Source: Chrysemys picta bellii
Lineage: Eukaryota
Direction of reading: 5' to 3'
Assembly: GCF_011386835.1 (NCBI RefSeq)
Contig: NC_088800.1
Coordinates: 52,328,001-52,392,000 of the forward strand
Length of the DNA: 64,000 nt
Under the pieces are notes generated by a model, which did no database searches, had not been told where the DNA came from, and saw nothing but the letters and a program-made list of their open reading frames with translations. The position numbers and the translations under genes are program-made. Below, one piece after another: positions 25,021 to 38,469 of this stretch (its first letter is position 1; every line of letters starts with the position of its first letter).

Positions 25021-26220
25021 TCATTTTTTTCCCACTTTTCACTAGTCTCTTTTGATCTACTATGTCCTCTGCCTACTCTTTGTACTTCTTTGCTTCGTGG
25101 AAATCCACTCTTTGTAGTCAGCTAGAATTCCTTTCCAAAGCAGGAGGTATTCTTGAGGATCCTACTTCTTTGTATTCTTGTTGTCATTTTTCATCAGCCC
25201 CTTTCTGATTCTTTCACCATTACTCTGCTCTCTGACTCTTACATCTTCACAAGATAACAACAATAGAGACAACTTCGGACTTCCTGATCTTCCTTCAAGG
25301 GTTGGCTGGCACTTGGGTCCAACTGCTTCTCCAGTTGGGTGACCAGCTTAGACCTCATGCAGTACAATGCATGTATTCTGTCTCCTTCCTGGGCAGAACA
25401 TGATTAATCTTCCATGATGAACTGTCCTCAGTTTGGAGAAAGCTATTATTTTGCAGAGCTTCTTGACTTGGTTGTTGCAACCTCTTTTATATCTCTGAGC
25501 TACTCATGAGTTATTAAGTAAGTTGGAGGTCTACTTCCTCTTGCTAATCTGGGCTCTTCCACTCAAAGTAAATCTTCAATTCCCCTGCTTGCACTACTTA
25601 TGTTTGTCTGCCAAATTTTAAAATAGCTGTTACCCTTTTTACCTCCTTCTCTTGCTTCGTCATGCCCAATGGCTTTTTGGAGCTCCAGAGAACAATTTTT
25701 AAACCATTATCTGTAATTTCTCAGGTTTCCTATAGGGCTGACAGCACAGAATCACAAAATGGTGTTTGGGGTAAGTCTGTTCTGCCTCACAGAGCACTCT
25801 TGGTCAGTCAGAGGGTGTGGCTACATGAGAAAGTTACAGCTCTTTAACTTAAATCAGTTTAAAAACAAAATGTATTTAAACCGGTGAGGCTGAGATTTTC
25901 AGAGAAGCCTGAGGGAGTTAGGCCCACAATTCTGACTGAAATTTACTGGATTAGGGGCCCAATTCTCTTGGGATACTTTGAAAGTCCCTCCTTAATTAAC
26001 AAGAATTTGGGCTGGCCTTGGAATTTCTCCATCACACTTACTTGAGAAACTCATAATGTGGGTAGAAATGAGGCTCTCAGCACATCAAGAAAAATCTAGC
26101 ATCTGTATTCATCGACTGCATAACTGGAGATAAAGCATCAGGCTGAATGCCTTCCTTTGAAAGCTGTAACAATTGATGCAGCTGTTTGTCATAAGAATTC
26201 AGAGCAGTTCTTCTTAGCTA

Positions 26221-26466
26221 GGGTATGTCTACATTAGAAATGCTAAAGCAGTGCAGCTGTTGTATAGACACTTACTACTTCCGCCGCTGTAGTAAATCCA
26301 CTTCTCTGAGAGGCACTAGCTAGGTGGATGGAAGAATTCTTCCATCGACTTAGTGGTGTCTACACTGGGGCTTAGGTCGGCTTAGCTGCATCAGACAGGG
26401 CATGACATTTTTCACAGCCCTGGTGATGTAATTCAGTTGACTTAACTTTGTAGTGTATACTAGCCC
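26221..26466. mobile_element. Harbinger-like palindromic MITE
   Basis: gggtatgtctaca.../...gtgtatactagccc. Confidence 0.55.
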
Positions 26467-26780
26467 CAAGTCAATTGCCCATTCATTTTCTGATTCACTT
26501 CCCATTTTACATAGCCCTGAACCCTCTAATTCCACGCTGTCCCTTACAAAGGAAAAATCAATAGCAGCAACTGTGGATTCTGACATGACAAGTTAGGCTT
26601 CAGGAAGTGACGGGAGGGGGCAGTTTGGATAAATCAATATTCACTAATAATATTAGTTTCTTTAGTCCTCCTATCCAACAGATTGATTTGTAAACAACAG
26701 CTTGAACCTAAAAATCAAACCTCATGTGTGTAATCTACATATACTATAGGTTGGTAGAGTAACTTTCCTCTTGAAGGTTT

Positions 26781-26983
26781 GGGGAGAGGGATAGCTCAGT
26801 GGTTTGAGCATTAGCCTGCTAAACCCAGGGCTGAGAGTTCAATTCTTGAGGAGGCCACTTAGGGATCTGGGGCAAAAATCAGTACTTGGTCCTGCTAGTG
26901 GAGGCAGGGGGCTGGACTCGATGACCTTTCAGGGTCCCTTCCAGTTCTAGGAGATAGGTATATCTCCATATTATTTATTATTA
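26781..26983 (+). mobile_element. Tortoise polIII/SINE, second subfamily with a different CR1-type tail
   Basis: Same head as 9867; tail tgctagtggaggcagggggctggactcgatgacc...ttctaggagataggtatatctccatatta; possible TSD aaggtt. Confidence 0.88.
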
Positions 26984-27780
26984 AGGTTCTCTGAGTGCTT
27001 GATGACCGATATGGGATTGCAGGGAGACAGCTATCTTACATTGATCTGAGGATGTTGGCCAAAGACCTTGAAACAAATTCCTATTTGATTGTCATGTAAC
27101 ATGGAACTTTTAGTGGCTACCTGGAACAGAAAAGGCTTCCATTTTTAGCATCTCTGCCAAAAGAGCCACACAGAATTCAAGTTATCTACTGTGGAAGAAT
27201 GAAGGGTTGAGTTATCCCGGCCAGGATTTGAACTGGTGGTTCTAGAGCATCTTGGTATTTCTGAACCAGTTGCTTGCAAAATACCCACAGCCAACTTAGC
27301 TGGCTACTCAAAATTAATGTTTTTAATTCAAAGTTGCTATCTAGCCATTTCTCCCAGTGATGCAAATAGTGTACATGTCAAACTTAAGACTTCAGTTTAG
27401 CGTTAACAAGTCTTACTACACAGAGCATGGTAATCAAGTGCTGCATTCACTTAACACTCAACCAACAGTACATGCAAAGAGACCGATTAGAGTAGAATGA
27501 AAGATTCCCATTGTCAATATCTTTTTCTCGCTCCATATTTTGGATTAATGAGACTTCTGTTTAGCTTCTATAAAGACTTCCATAAAGTCACAGGGTAAAC
27601 TTTTAAGACCTGGAGAGGCCTGACAGCTCTCTTACATCAACTTCTCTGTCAATTTAAAATGGTCCTTTTTGTATGAAGAAATCAAGCAACATAACTTGGC
27701 AAGTGAGGATGACAATGAGAGTCTCTCCTTCTTGAGAATGTTGTTCAAACACTTAGAATGCCACGCACAAAATCAATTAC

Positions 27781-27915
27781 CTATTCATTTCAAGATCATT
27801 CAGGCGAGCAGAAAGATCCTCGAGGCGGTTGATTTGTTTGTGGCACTGGCTACAGTAAAACTCAAATGCCTCATCAGTGATAATGCTGTGCAGTTTCGCA
27901 ATGAGCGGGTTGACG
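27781..27915 (-). CDS. RAB11FIP3: RAB11FIP3 135-nt symmetric (probably cassette) exon (VNPLIAKLHSIITDEAFEFYCSQCHKQINRLEDLSARLNDLEMN-S)
   Basis: Acceptor gatttctctag|C, donor AG|gtaatt; phase 2 to 2; resembles the 45-aa insert I recall from mammalian isoforms. Confidence 0.88.
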
Positions 27916-28934
27916 CTAGAGAAATCACAAGTGTCATTTTAACAGGACAGGACAGAACAGACCAATTTGATTTCATCTGTGGCTTCCACAAGTTAAGTGG
28001 ATGTTTGGAAGGGTGGGAAAGTCACAAGCTTTTCACGCAAGAATTACAATAAGAAATTTCGGGGCAAATGTTACTATAAAAATATTAAATCCAAACATCA
28101 ATGACTGAGAAGTGCAACTGAGCTGGTAATTAAGCCATTTTGTTGGACAAATTGGGTCAAATCATCCCTATTGTAAGCAATCACCTCTTTCCATTCTGTC
28201 CCATGGGGGTTATGCCCACTTACCACAGGTATGGATTTGGATAATTGACTTTTTCTGGTCTCCCAATGTACCTGTCAGGCTGCATTATGTGTTACTGCTT
28301 TCTTAAACTCAGTGGGATGTTAGGATGTATGTGGGCCATTCAGCAGCATGCGGACCTACCTAGAATGGTTATCAGAATTTAGAGAGCTATCCTTTTAAAC
28401 AGCACTAAGAAACTCTTTCTGGTTTGCCTGGTCAGAAACAGAGCCCTAACTGACATGTTGCTGTGATGTGATTTAGTTTAAAGCCAAATATGTTCAGTCA
28501 GACACATCATTTTCCACTAGGAATGTTCTAAAGACAGATTAGAAAGCTGCTGTATGATGAAAACAGGGCAGCACCCTAACAGGTAGGATTTTCATTTCAG
28601 AAGGCACAGCTTTGAAAGAAATATTAATGAAAGAATAAAAGGTCATGGGGCCAGCTCCAGACACTTCAATGTTACCTTTCTCTTTAAAGTGATGTGCAAG
28701 TGTTCACAGGATCAGCTTAGTTTTGCTGTTAAAAAGAGAACCTAATATATGAAGCCCGAAGTTTGTGAAGTGAGGATGTTAGAAAAGACTTCAAAGTGCT
28801 TCACTAGCTGCTACAAACTGTAAGGCTTTGGCTTTCAGCAACTTATGTAGAACACAAGGTACTAATGAATTCAGTGACATTTGGCAAATGAAGCAGCTGA
28901 TCATTTTTGATGACTGACTAAATTACCAGTGTTG

Positions 28935-29195
28935 TATTCAGTGTTGTTGTAGCCTTAATGGACCACTTCATCTTGAATGGTCCCTTGAAATGTGTGTTAA
29001 CTACTTATGCTAAATCATCTGTTCAAACCTTGTATTTAGCTGTGCCATTGAGTTTCCCAGACCTGAAGAAGAGCTCTGTGTAGGCTCAAAAGCTTGTGTC
29101 TTTCACCAATAAAAGATATAACGTAGAGAATTTTTCACTTGACCAGAGCTCAGAGAGCCGAGAAGCGATACCTCACCCACCTTGTGTCTCTAAAC
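28935..29195 (+). mobile_element. PLE remnant, second family: short inverted terminus joined to a sense terminal repeat; degenerate hammerhead
   Basis: CTGAAGA-a-gagc..gctc-aaaa-gctt at 29063-29095; homologous to the reverse complement of 41245-41480. Confidence 0.7.
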
Positions 29196-32100
29196 TACCA
29201 GTGGTTTCACAAAAAGATTTTTAATAGCAAAGACTATGTAATATTTCTAGGATACCATACATCCTCTCCAAATGGAAAATACTTCTGGAAGCCACAAACT
29301 TTAATCAAAGGAAAGTTAATAGTGAAAAAGCATGACATAGAAGTTTAATAAAAACAGAGAGAGGTAGAGGCGTAAGCAGACAGAAACAAGGTTAAAAGTC
29401 AAAGACACCTGAAAGGACTAGTCAGCCACCATGGCACAGATTGATACTGCTTGTCAAGCAAATGGCCTGGACCCAGAGAGGTGCCGAGTGCCATTGCAGT
29501 CAATGAGAGCAGTTACCGTGGCTCAGCAACTCCGTAACTCTCCACATTGACTTCAAGGGGAGCTTCAGAAGCCCAGTGCATCTCAGGATCAGGCTGTAAA
29601 GTTCCAAATTCAAATTCTGTGCAGTATTCCCGAGCCTCCACATATCCTTACAGACCACACAACTCCTTCTAATAAATCATCGCTGAATGCTTGAAACCCA
29701 TTTTAATTTGGGTAATGACATTTTGAAAACTTCTTTCCTCCCTCTAGGGTTGACTCCGTGCAGTGAAGATCATTACTTCACAGCGGCAGCTGCTATAGTT
29801 GGTAGTGCTTTACAAACTAGGGGTGCTGGGCAGCTGCGAAAGGGTGACTGGAAAAAGGGAAACATCCATTTCAAATCACAAAGCATGAGAGGGGATTCTC
29901 ATCTTAAAAAAAAACACAAAAATAAAATAGATAATCTAAAAATAATTTGCCTCTGGAATTTGATCTCAAACTGAAGCTCCAAAGGAGTATTTTTACTAGT
30001 TCATAGCCCGTCACAGACACAGAAGGAAGAAGCAATTCACCCTTTGGATGGCTCACTACACCTAATAAGTTTGTCAGATTGATCTGTATTAATAAAAATT
30101 AACGTGCTAAAATGGGAAACCTCATTGGCCAACAAACATATATAAAAATAACCCCAGGGGCAGGTCCCCCCTATCACCACCTTATTGGTAGTATTTTTAA
30201 AATAGTGTTTAAATTACTCTTCAAGAAATGAAGTTACATACTAGACTACCTGCCCATTGGGTGGGTGAAGGAACCCCGGGCCGTTGGCCTCCCAACCTAC
30301 ACGAAGCATGCTGATAGCCCAGGGTCACCACACTGACTGTCATACATTGCAACTTACATGAACACATTGCTACCCTCTCCCATCTTTTGGTACAGTCACT
30401 TAACATAGCCCATGTAGGGTCTGTGCTTATAACAGAAAGAATGTTGTTAGTTAAGAAAAGTAGCGCTGGAGCCTTTTATTTCAATTACCAATTACCAGTC
30501 ATTTTTCAGCAATGAGTGCTTCAGTGCAGCTCTTTTGTAACTGCATGAACGTACCAGGGAGTGGGCAGAAACTCAGTACGAGGAGTCACAAACACAAAGC
30601 GTTTGTTAAAGGCGAAGTGTCAATATACCCTAATGTTCCCTTCATTATCTTAAGTTTCTGATGAACCCTCTGGCGCAGGATTCCATGAACTATAGCAGAC
30701 AGCTGTGATGTTACTGTTCCCACTTAGAGAAGCTGGTAACATAAAACTGGTGATTGGAGACATGATTGTTTATGTAGTTTGTATAAAACAGCTCAGCAAA
30801 AAAAAAATTCAGTCTAAACCATTACATCCTCCAGTTCATTTCAACAAAAGCCAGCTTCACCAAACCTGGTTACATAGGGATGTTGTTTAGGAAAATAGAA
30901 CATTATTCTTGGAGAAAATTCAAAATAGGGGACTTATCGACAATGCACATCTGGACAAAAAAACAGGAGGGGGGGGCAGGCCTACAGTTTAGAGACACAT
31001 TAGGGTACAGGGTACTACTTCTGATGGCATCTTCTGCCATGATCTGGAACTTATATAGCCTTCACTTTAATCTCTCTTCTTTGGAAGCCCCTCTAATGGG
31101 TACACAGAGTAGCGATGAACGCTATCAGGGTAATCCACATCCTTCTCCGCCAGAAGGAAGATGCTGTGATGCAGAACATTATAGGGAGGGGATCAAAGCT
31201 GGGCAGATCACCAGGACTATGGGGGCTCATATGGAAAGGAGATCACATTTGGACACTGCATGGAAAGTAATAAAAATGCTACGTCAGGATCATGAATCTT
31301 AGTTTACAATGTGTCTCCCAAATGGAAGTTACTTAGCTTGGGATTGTAGCTTCTGGATTCTAGGGTTAGCAAAGATCATCTGGTGTCTGATATTGTTTCA
31401 CCGGTGATTTTAGCAAAGAAGTGGTGTCCCCTCTACTGCAATTAAAAATGACGTATGTGTGATTTTCACAAGAGCTTTTCCTTTTCCGACCAATAGAGTC
31501 CTGAATTGCCTACTGAGTTTTAATCAGGCTTTGTGAATCTTGTGAAACAGACATCTGGCAAGTCAGATAGTTATGAAGGGCTTTTACAGTTATTTAAAAA
31601 AAAAAAAAAAAAGCACAAATGTGTTTCCTTGGTGGAGCCACTCTAGGTGCCATTATCCAAAAGAGAAATGATCATGTTATTTTCCCCAGCAATTTCAGGG
31701 TTATCATATTGGCAATGGTATTTTATACTTCCATTCCACAAAATTATTGTTTCTGCAAGACAAAATATGGACTTCTCAACAGTTAAAAGCACACTAAGGG
31801 TTTTTTCTAGTTATTTATTTCCACAGGAAACCTCTATTCAGATGCAGCAGTGGGTCAGCATCAAGGAACTCTTCTTGATTTTTACTCTGCTTTCTAGCTG
31901 GATCATTTATTCACAAAACACGAAGTGTTCAGGAAACACACCAGCCCTATGGCCAGCAACTTCCTGGTTCCAAGCCCCCAGCTGTTCCACTGCACTACAT
32001 TGCCCCATCTGCCATTGATGCTGGCTTCAACAGAGAAAGCTGCATCAGCTAGTGCAAACTAACCAACTTACCACATGCAAGTCATAAAAGGAAGATTTTT

Positions 32101-32471
32101 GAATCAAGAGGCATCAGCGAAGGCAGGGTACTAGTTTTCTCTAACAAAAGGTTTTGGTATTAATCACACTTCTCACGGGAAAAGAAACATGACTTTTTCC
32201 CTGACGCGTGTGAAACTGAAACCCCCCACACACACACACTCCCCCAACAACTGCTACTGGAGCTCTGAGCATCTTTGTTGCTCTGAAAATCAACTTGGCA
32301 AGAGGTTTTTAACTTCAGAAGTGACTAGCCAATTGTATTCAACTTGACAGGATTCCCTCTGTGAACCAGTTTGGTATAAAACAAAAGGAAATCCCACATG
32401 TGCAAAGCCTGGTTAAAAATGCTGTGCAAAGGAAGTAGCTACAATACTGCCAGTACTAGGTGTGATATTAC

Positions 32472-32648
32472 CTGGGAGAAAGGAAAGAGGAGCTGCTAAA
32501 GCTGGTTTCTCCGTTACACAGGCTGTCTGAGAACAAATCTGCTTCATTCCCTTCTCCATAATCCTCGAAGTGCTCCTCCCCACTAATTACGGTAACGATG
32601 GAGTGATTGTTGAGGTCTGAGCTCAAGGGCAGGTCCTGTGGATGGGAT
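32472..32648 (-). CDS. RAB11FIP3: RAB11FIP3 exon, 177 nt (SHPQDLPLSSDLNNHSIVTVISGEEHFEDYGEGNEADLFSDSLCNGETSFSSSSFLSP-S)
   Basis: Acceptor tttttgctctgatag|A, donor AG|gtaata; phase 2 to 2; contains the GEEHFEDYGEG motif. Confidence 0.92.
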
Positions 32649-32997
32649 CTATCAGAGCAAAAAGTAAAAGAAAGGTGTTAAAATGTTGCCAAGGTAGTTA
32701 CCATTCCAAAGGTTCATATTACACCCACAATTCCAATTGTGCTTATTACACGCCAGTTCAGGATAAAGGACTAATTCTTATGGAAAGTGGAAGGCTGCAG
32801 CATAATTTGTACAGTACTTGGACCCTGGAAGGGGCAACACAAGTGCTCTGTGAAAGTTTGTACCAACAGTCTGTCATGTCCATCAAGGTGGGCACCAAAG
32901 TAAATGCAACAAACCTGTCTCAGAAGTACCATGAAACTTGGCATAGTAAAACTGGTGAGATGATGTATAATTTGGTCAGTAAAACCAATGGTGAAGT

Positions 32998-34228
32998 TGT
33001 CACAGAGTCAGTGGGCCAGTGTTCTGGAACTACTCCACACGAAGCCAGTCAGGACTCTGGTGTAGCATGCCTCCTCTCTCTGAGCATATTGTCACCAGGA
33101 CAAGAAGCATACACAGCTTTGACCTTCCTGGGTCTGACCCAGTAGCGGCCGGAGGAGGGGGGGGGGGAACGCAGCATGCGGCCCGCAGCACGGCCCGGCA
33201 GCAGCGGCCAGAGGAGCGGGGGGTGGGGGGGGCGCAGGCAGCATCGCCGGCAGCCATGGGGGGGCGGCGGGCACGGCCGGAGGAGTGGGGCCTGTGAGGG
33301 AGGGGGGAGAGGGCGCAGCCTGGCGGCCCACAGCATACCCCGGCAGCTGCAGCAGGAGGAGCGGGGGGGGGGGGGGGGGGGGGTTGGGGAGTGGTACAGC
33401 ATGGCCAGCAGCCATGGAGGAGCAGCAGGCATGGCTGGAGGAGCTGGGGGGCACAGCATGGTGGCCGGCAGCTGCGGCCGGAGGAGTGAGGGGGGGTCCA
33501 CGGGGGTGGCCCGGCAGGGCCGGAGGAACCATGTGGGGGAGGGGCGGTGCGGCCAGAGGAGGAGCCAGGGGGGCCTGGCCGGAAGAGGAGCTAAGGGGGG
33601 GGCGCCTTTTTTATATTTGCTCCCCCTCCTCTTAGAAGCTGGCTACGCCACTGGTCTGACCTTGGGCATTCAGCATCCCCTTCCTCCCCGTGTGCGGCTC
33701 CTGGAGAAGCCAGAGAGCCCTGCACCCCAACTTCTGCAGTCAGCAGTGACTCTCAGCCAGCATGTAGAACAGAAGGGTTTATTAGATGACAAGAATACAG
33801 CGTAGAACAGAGCTTGCTATCACAGAAATCAGTGACTTTCAGCCAAGTCCATCTTGGGGAGTCCTGGGCTAGACGGCCTGGACTCCCCCTCTTCCAGTCC
33901 CCCAAGCAGACTGCCCAGCTTCCAGCGATCTGTCCCCTGACACCCCCATTGCTCCTCCTCCTCCCCTTTGTCCTGCTTCACGGGCAAAAGGTGCCACCTG
34001 GTTGCACCCCCCTCCTGGGTCTCAGGTGATGAAGGGCACCGCCATAGCATACGTGCAGACCGCTGGGCAGCCTCACCTGCCCAGAGGGTCTCGGCACAAA
34101 TCACATACCCAATTCCCACCCCTGGAATATTGGTGCAGTACACAGGGAAACAGAGGTACACACAATATTAGGACAGGACAGTAAGACTCGCATGCAACAC
34201 AAGATTAATAAAACCCCACTTCGTCACA
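32998..34228 (-). mobile_element. Solo LTR (~710 bp without the nested insert), oriented sense to RAB11FIP3
   Basis: TG...CA ends; 5-bp TSD gaagt (32993-32997, 34229-34233); minus-strand AATAAA at 33778-33783 (orientation inferred from this signal). Confidence 0.8.
33140..33653. mobile_element. GC-rich hAT MITE nested in the LTR
   Basis: Perfect 8-bp TSD gtctgacc (33132-33139, 33654-33661); right TIR ctggctacgccactg, left TIR degenerate. Confidence 0.85.
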
Positions 34229-37200
34229 GAAGTATGCTCAGCTAGCTGGGCAGAGAAAACAAAGCTAAAGGATTCCTGAGTTAACACCATGCAGTTAAGT
34301 TATACAGTCAGCCGACATCTACACGTTAGCCTGTTATTTCACTTAGTGCTGTGTAATCCTATTAAGAGCCCAGTACTGGGGTTTAACCAGTCAGTGGCAC
34401 AGATCCTCGTTGGTTGCACAAGGCAGCTATTCAAAACATCAAAGTTTCCTTTAAGTCAGCCACTAACCTAAATAGCCCTCTTCTGGTTTTCACTGCAAAA
34501 TATTTTAAGCAGTCAGGTGGATAAAAACGGGGAGGTACTGCTGCTTTTTTTTTTTTAACACGGTTTTGACATCAGATTCACAAGTGACGTCTGTATTAGC
34601 ATATTAATCCCTTATCTAAGTATGCACGAGATTCATCGCTGATATCCCACTATTTCATTTGATTAAGACAGGATACTCAAGCTATCATCAGTCATTAAAA
34701 ACATCCTGCTTTACATAACAATTTTCATCTTCAACCCATTGTACAAATATTAACTCATTACATACTAATTTATGGAAAATCTTGTGGAATTGGAATGCAG
34801 AGCTTTTATGCAACTCTAGAGAATATAGGGGATTGTAAGAGTCGACCACTGGAGAAAGTCTAAGATGGAACCAAAATTTCGTTCCAAGCGGACACTGCTA
34901 TGCAGACTAACCGCATAAAGAAAAAAGCATCCAGGCACCATCATCCTTTCTTGATTCCAATGACAATCAGAGAACCGGTTACTTTAAAAATTCCGCTATT
35001 TATAAGGACGTGGCTTAATTCATTATCCACTTGCTAAAGAAAAAAATGTATCAGACCAACAATGTTAAATCTAATGAAAAAGTTATAGATAAGCCATTTA
35101 AGACAAAAATATACAGCATTTAAGAGACTTCCGCCTTACTCTGCTAATAAAAGTCTTCCATCCATGCAGAAGCGAGTCTGACAGCAGATAAATTCAGCTT
35201 CAACTTGCTGGGAATCTGCACACCTTCCTACACACTAAGGAAGTGCAGTTAAATCTCTAACTAGGTCCATCAAAAATTATGCTTTCAAGCCTCAAAGTTT
35301 TTAGGAATGTCTTTCATCCACAAGTTAAATGCATAAACGGAGGCTGCTGGGTTGATGCTCAGGGCACCTCCTTTACAAATGAGAGAGGGTACACTACCCA
35401 TCAAGAAAGCAACACAGGCCAGAACAAAGCAGAGGAAAGATTATTTACAAAACAAAATATATAGAAAATATGTCAGAGCAGACATCTTGGCTGATCTCAG
35501 CGAGGCAGATCCCTTTAAAGGACAGAATGGGCCCTATGAAAGGGCAGTGTTATGAAACACATTCTTGTGCTATTTCATGCATATCTACTGTAGATGTTAA
35601 GGGCTTAAAAATCCTACAGAAATCTTTCTGATCAACAGCTGAAATGTTTATTTATGTTCATACAGTCTAAGGTGCACAGACTTTAATATCAGTGACTGAA
35701 AGGTCACCTTTAGAACTACGCTCAGCCTCAACAGCTACAGTGACAGGGTTTTACTGTGTGATGGATCCCTGGAAGCACAATGGAGGTGCGAGAGGCAGTT
35801 CTACAGGGGCCCTGCCTCAATGCCGTTAAATCCCACAGCCTGCAGTCAGATTTCTTGGGTAAATATTCTCCCTTTCACAATTTTCAATTTCTTAAGCTTC
35901 CTTCCACATTTTAACCCAAAGTTTAACATTTATTTAAAGCCCTATTATAAACTATTTGAACCACAGAGGGTTTTACAGGACACTGCCTCACTGAACAAGT
36001 AGGAAGGTGGGGGATGGATAAAGCACTGTAAACACCTCCCCCTCCCCCATCTTTAAATCTAATTGTGATGGTCCCAATTTAATTTAAAAAAATCCCCAAG
36101 CAAAGGCTTTTGTACCTACAGGCAGGTGAGTCCAAGACATGTAGCCATTTTTCCAGAGGGTCGGGGGGGAACGTATGCAGGCCGGCATGTTTTGCTGACC
36201 CTCCTTGGTACAATCAGCACTGTTTGGTGGCCTAGCAGCTTGGAAGCTGATTATACACTGAGAGTTAATCATCACTGAGCCGAATACTCTTCGGCAAAGA
36301 AAGCGCAGCCAGCTAATCTCCTTTCCTTTATAACACCCAGGGCCTCTCATGGTAAGTATTCTTTCCGCCCCAGTTCAGAGCACCTGCTCCCCTCCCTTTC
36401 CCCACCATGCAAAGAAGCACTTTGAAAAGTCATCCCCTCTTCACTTTTGGAAGAAGTGAAGCGACAGGCTTAACAAACAAAGAAATGCCAACCTGAATGG
36501 AGACCTCTGGACTCAGCTGATCTGCTTCTCAATCTTACAGTGAGCACATTAATTAGCAGGCTTTAAACTAGAAAGGTTAAACAAACTTTTATTTTGATAA
36601 AGACTGAAGAGGTCATTATGTTTCCATTGGTAAGTCATTACTAAGAGTAGAATTTGACAGCTTCCCCATTCTTCCCTACCTCTCTCCATCATCCTCTCAT
36701 TTCCCTCCCTACCCCCAAAACTACCTTCACAATATCCTTTGGGGAGGACTCAAGTCAAGCACAACAGTTCCTCCAAAGGAATGTCAGTGCTGTTCCAGAG
36801 ACCACATGAAAGAATGTCTTTTAGTCATACCCTGCAACCAGATTTTTCAGACAAAAGTCATTAAACTGGAGTTACAAAGTAAGGTGTGGGTGGGAATACT
36901 ACTCCTATTTTTAGAAACCAAATAACCAAAAATATAATTTAAAGTGGTATATTAAACTTTATGCTTTGCTCCTCAAAGTGTTGTGAGAGATCTCAGGCCC
37001 TGAACAGATAAGCAACTTGACAACTGATAGAGAGCTTTCAGATGTGCACAGGAGGTGACATTTTCTGTGTCCATGTTCCAAAAGATTACCACACTAAATA
37101 AGGTAATTAAAAATAGGCTGTATACTAATTTTTTCAGAATATTTAATTCTTGCATAAAGTCACAAACACTAACAAGCTGTTAGAACTAGAAAGACCCAAA

Positions 37201-37327
37201 ACCTCATTATATTCTTGCCAGTAATTCAAATCATGGGAGAGTTTGCCATCAGTGGAGTTGTGCTTGCTTTACGCCATCAATGAATTTGACCCTGTTACTG
37301 TCCTCCTCCTCCCTCCCTCTTACATAC

Positions 37328-37539
37328 TTGTCAGAAGTGAGCAGCACTGACCCATTCTCTGGATCCTCTATAGGATCGGTGAACTCTGAGTGCACCGTGG
37401 AATCAATAGCACTGTCCGTTTCTACTTCATCGTGCATCTCGGGATGTACCAGCGTGCCAGTGTCCTCATCTGTGAAGGTTTCACACTCGCTGTAAGTGCT
37501 CTCTGAGCCCATGTAGGCGCTGTCAGTCACCTCATTTGC
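37328..37539 (-). CDS. RAB11FIP3: RAB11FIP3 exon, 212 nt (ANEVTDSAYMGSESTYSECETFTDEDTGTLVHPEMHDEVETDSAIDSTVHSEFTDPIEDPENGSVLLTSD-K)
   Basis: Acceptor ttttataacag|GCA, donor AA|gtatgt; phase 0 to 2. Confidence 0.95.
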
Positions 37540-37854
37540 CTGTTATAAAATACAACAGAAAAACTATTAGCTACTCTTACCTGATTTTGCTCTACAACAG
37601 GAACATCAAACGTGCACACACTAATTAAACATAAAAATGCAGGCAATAATTTAAGGATAAAAAAAGTTCCATGAACTGTAAATCATGACCAGATGTGCAG
37701 TTATGCATGCCCAACACACACCAACCACTTGTAAATTGACAGACATATCAGAAGAGACCAAATGATTTTACTAACCCCAGAATTTTGGGCTTTCAGGTAC
37801 TACATAGTTTCCTTCAATAAATTACTGCTTTTAGATTGCACATGTTTTGATACA

Positions 37855-37925
37855 GAAGTGGGTTTTTTACCCACGAAAGCTTATGCCCAAATAAATCTGT
37901 TAGTCTTTAAGGTGTCCCTAGACTC
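37855..37925 (+). mobile_element. Short PLE terminal fragment (hammerhead lacks the CUGANGA box)
   Basis: gaagtgggttttttacccacgaaagcttatgcccaaataaatctgttagtc. Confidence 0.75.
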
Positions 37926-38469
37926 ATCATTTTAGAGAGCACGTCAGTGTTTAGAAAATATCAAGTACATTTTGGGCACTTCTGCAACCTAAATAAATAA
38001 AAGTGTAATACGTAAGAGAGGGGTAGAGGTTGTGTTAGAAGAACACAGGGATCAATATCAGCATACTGCCTTAGAAGGAGGTTTGCAATCTGACCAACGA
38101 TGGTTTGGATCATCGTATGCCTTTTATCCAATTCATTTTAAAAAGTTTGGCAGTTTAGCTAGTTGGGGTTCTAGGATGATCACCACAAAGACTGTAATTA
38201 TGCGGGCTTTATTACTGCAAAGTACTGTTTTCTGCTGTTACAAGAAATCCTCCACCCATCAAAAATATAAAAATAAATTTGTTTAAAAACTTTTAAGACG
38301 ACATTCAATTTGCCAGGGTTGAACCTTCAATATATAATCTTAAAGAGACTTGAACAGAGACACTTTTCAACAAAAAAATGTTGTAAAAATATTTTTTAAC
38401 TGCTTTACTAATAATGTCTCTAATGTTCTGTAAGATGGTGGCATGATCGGGTTGTCAGGGCCCCACAAT

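Larger units (their letters stand above)
1154..37539 (-). other. RAB11FIP3: RAB11FIP3 gene, internal part (11 coding exons; 5' EF-hand exons and last exon outside window)
   Basis: Spliced minus-strand translation ANEVTDSAYMGSESTYSECETFTDED...VVFLEKRVTELEKD...LIEDLRKQLEHLQLFKLEAEQRRGRSSS...SESLAAEISSVSRDE matches the RAB11FIP3 sequence as I recall it. Exon phases chain 0-2-2-2-2-0-2-2-0-0-0-0. Confidence 0.95.

Noticed and set aside
33019-33805. CpG/GC-rich stretch and ORFs resembling a promoter or first exon (also 23.4-24.2, 38.7-39.3 and 48.4-49.1 kb)
   Set aside because: Each is bounded by hAT TIRs and 8-bp TSDs.
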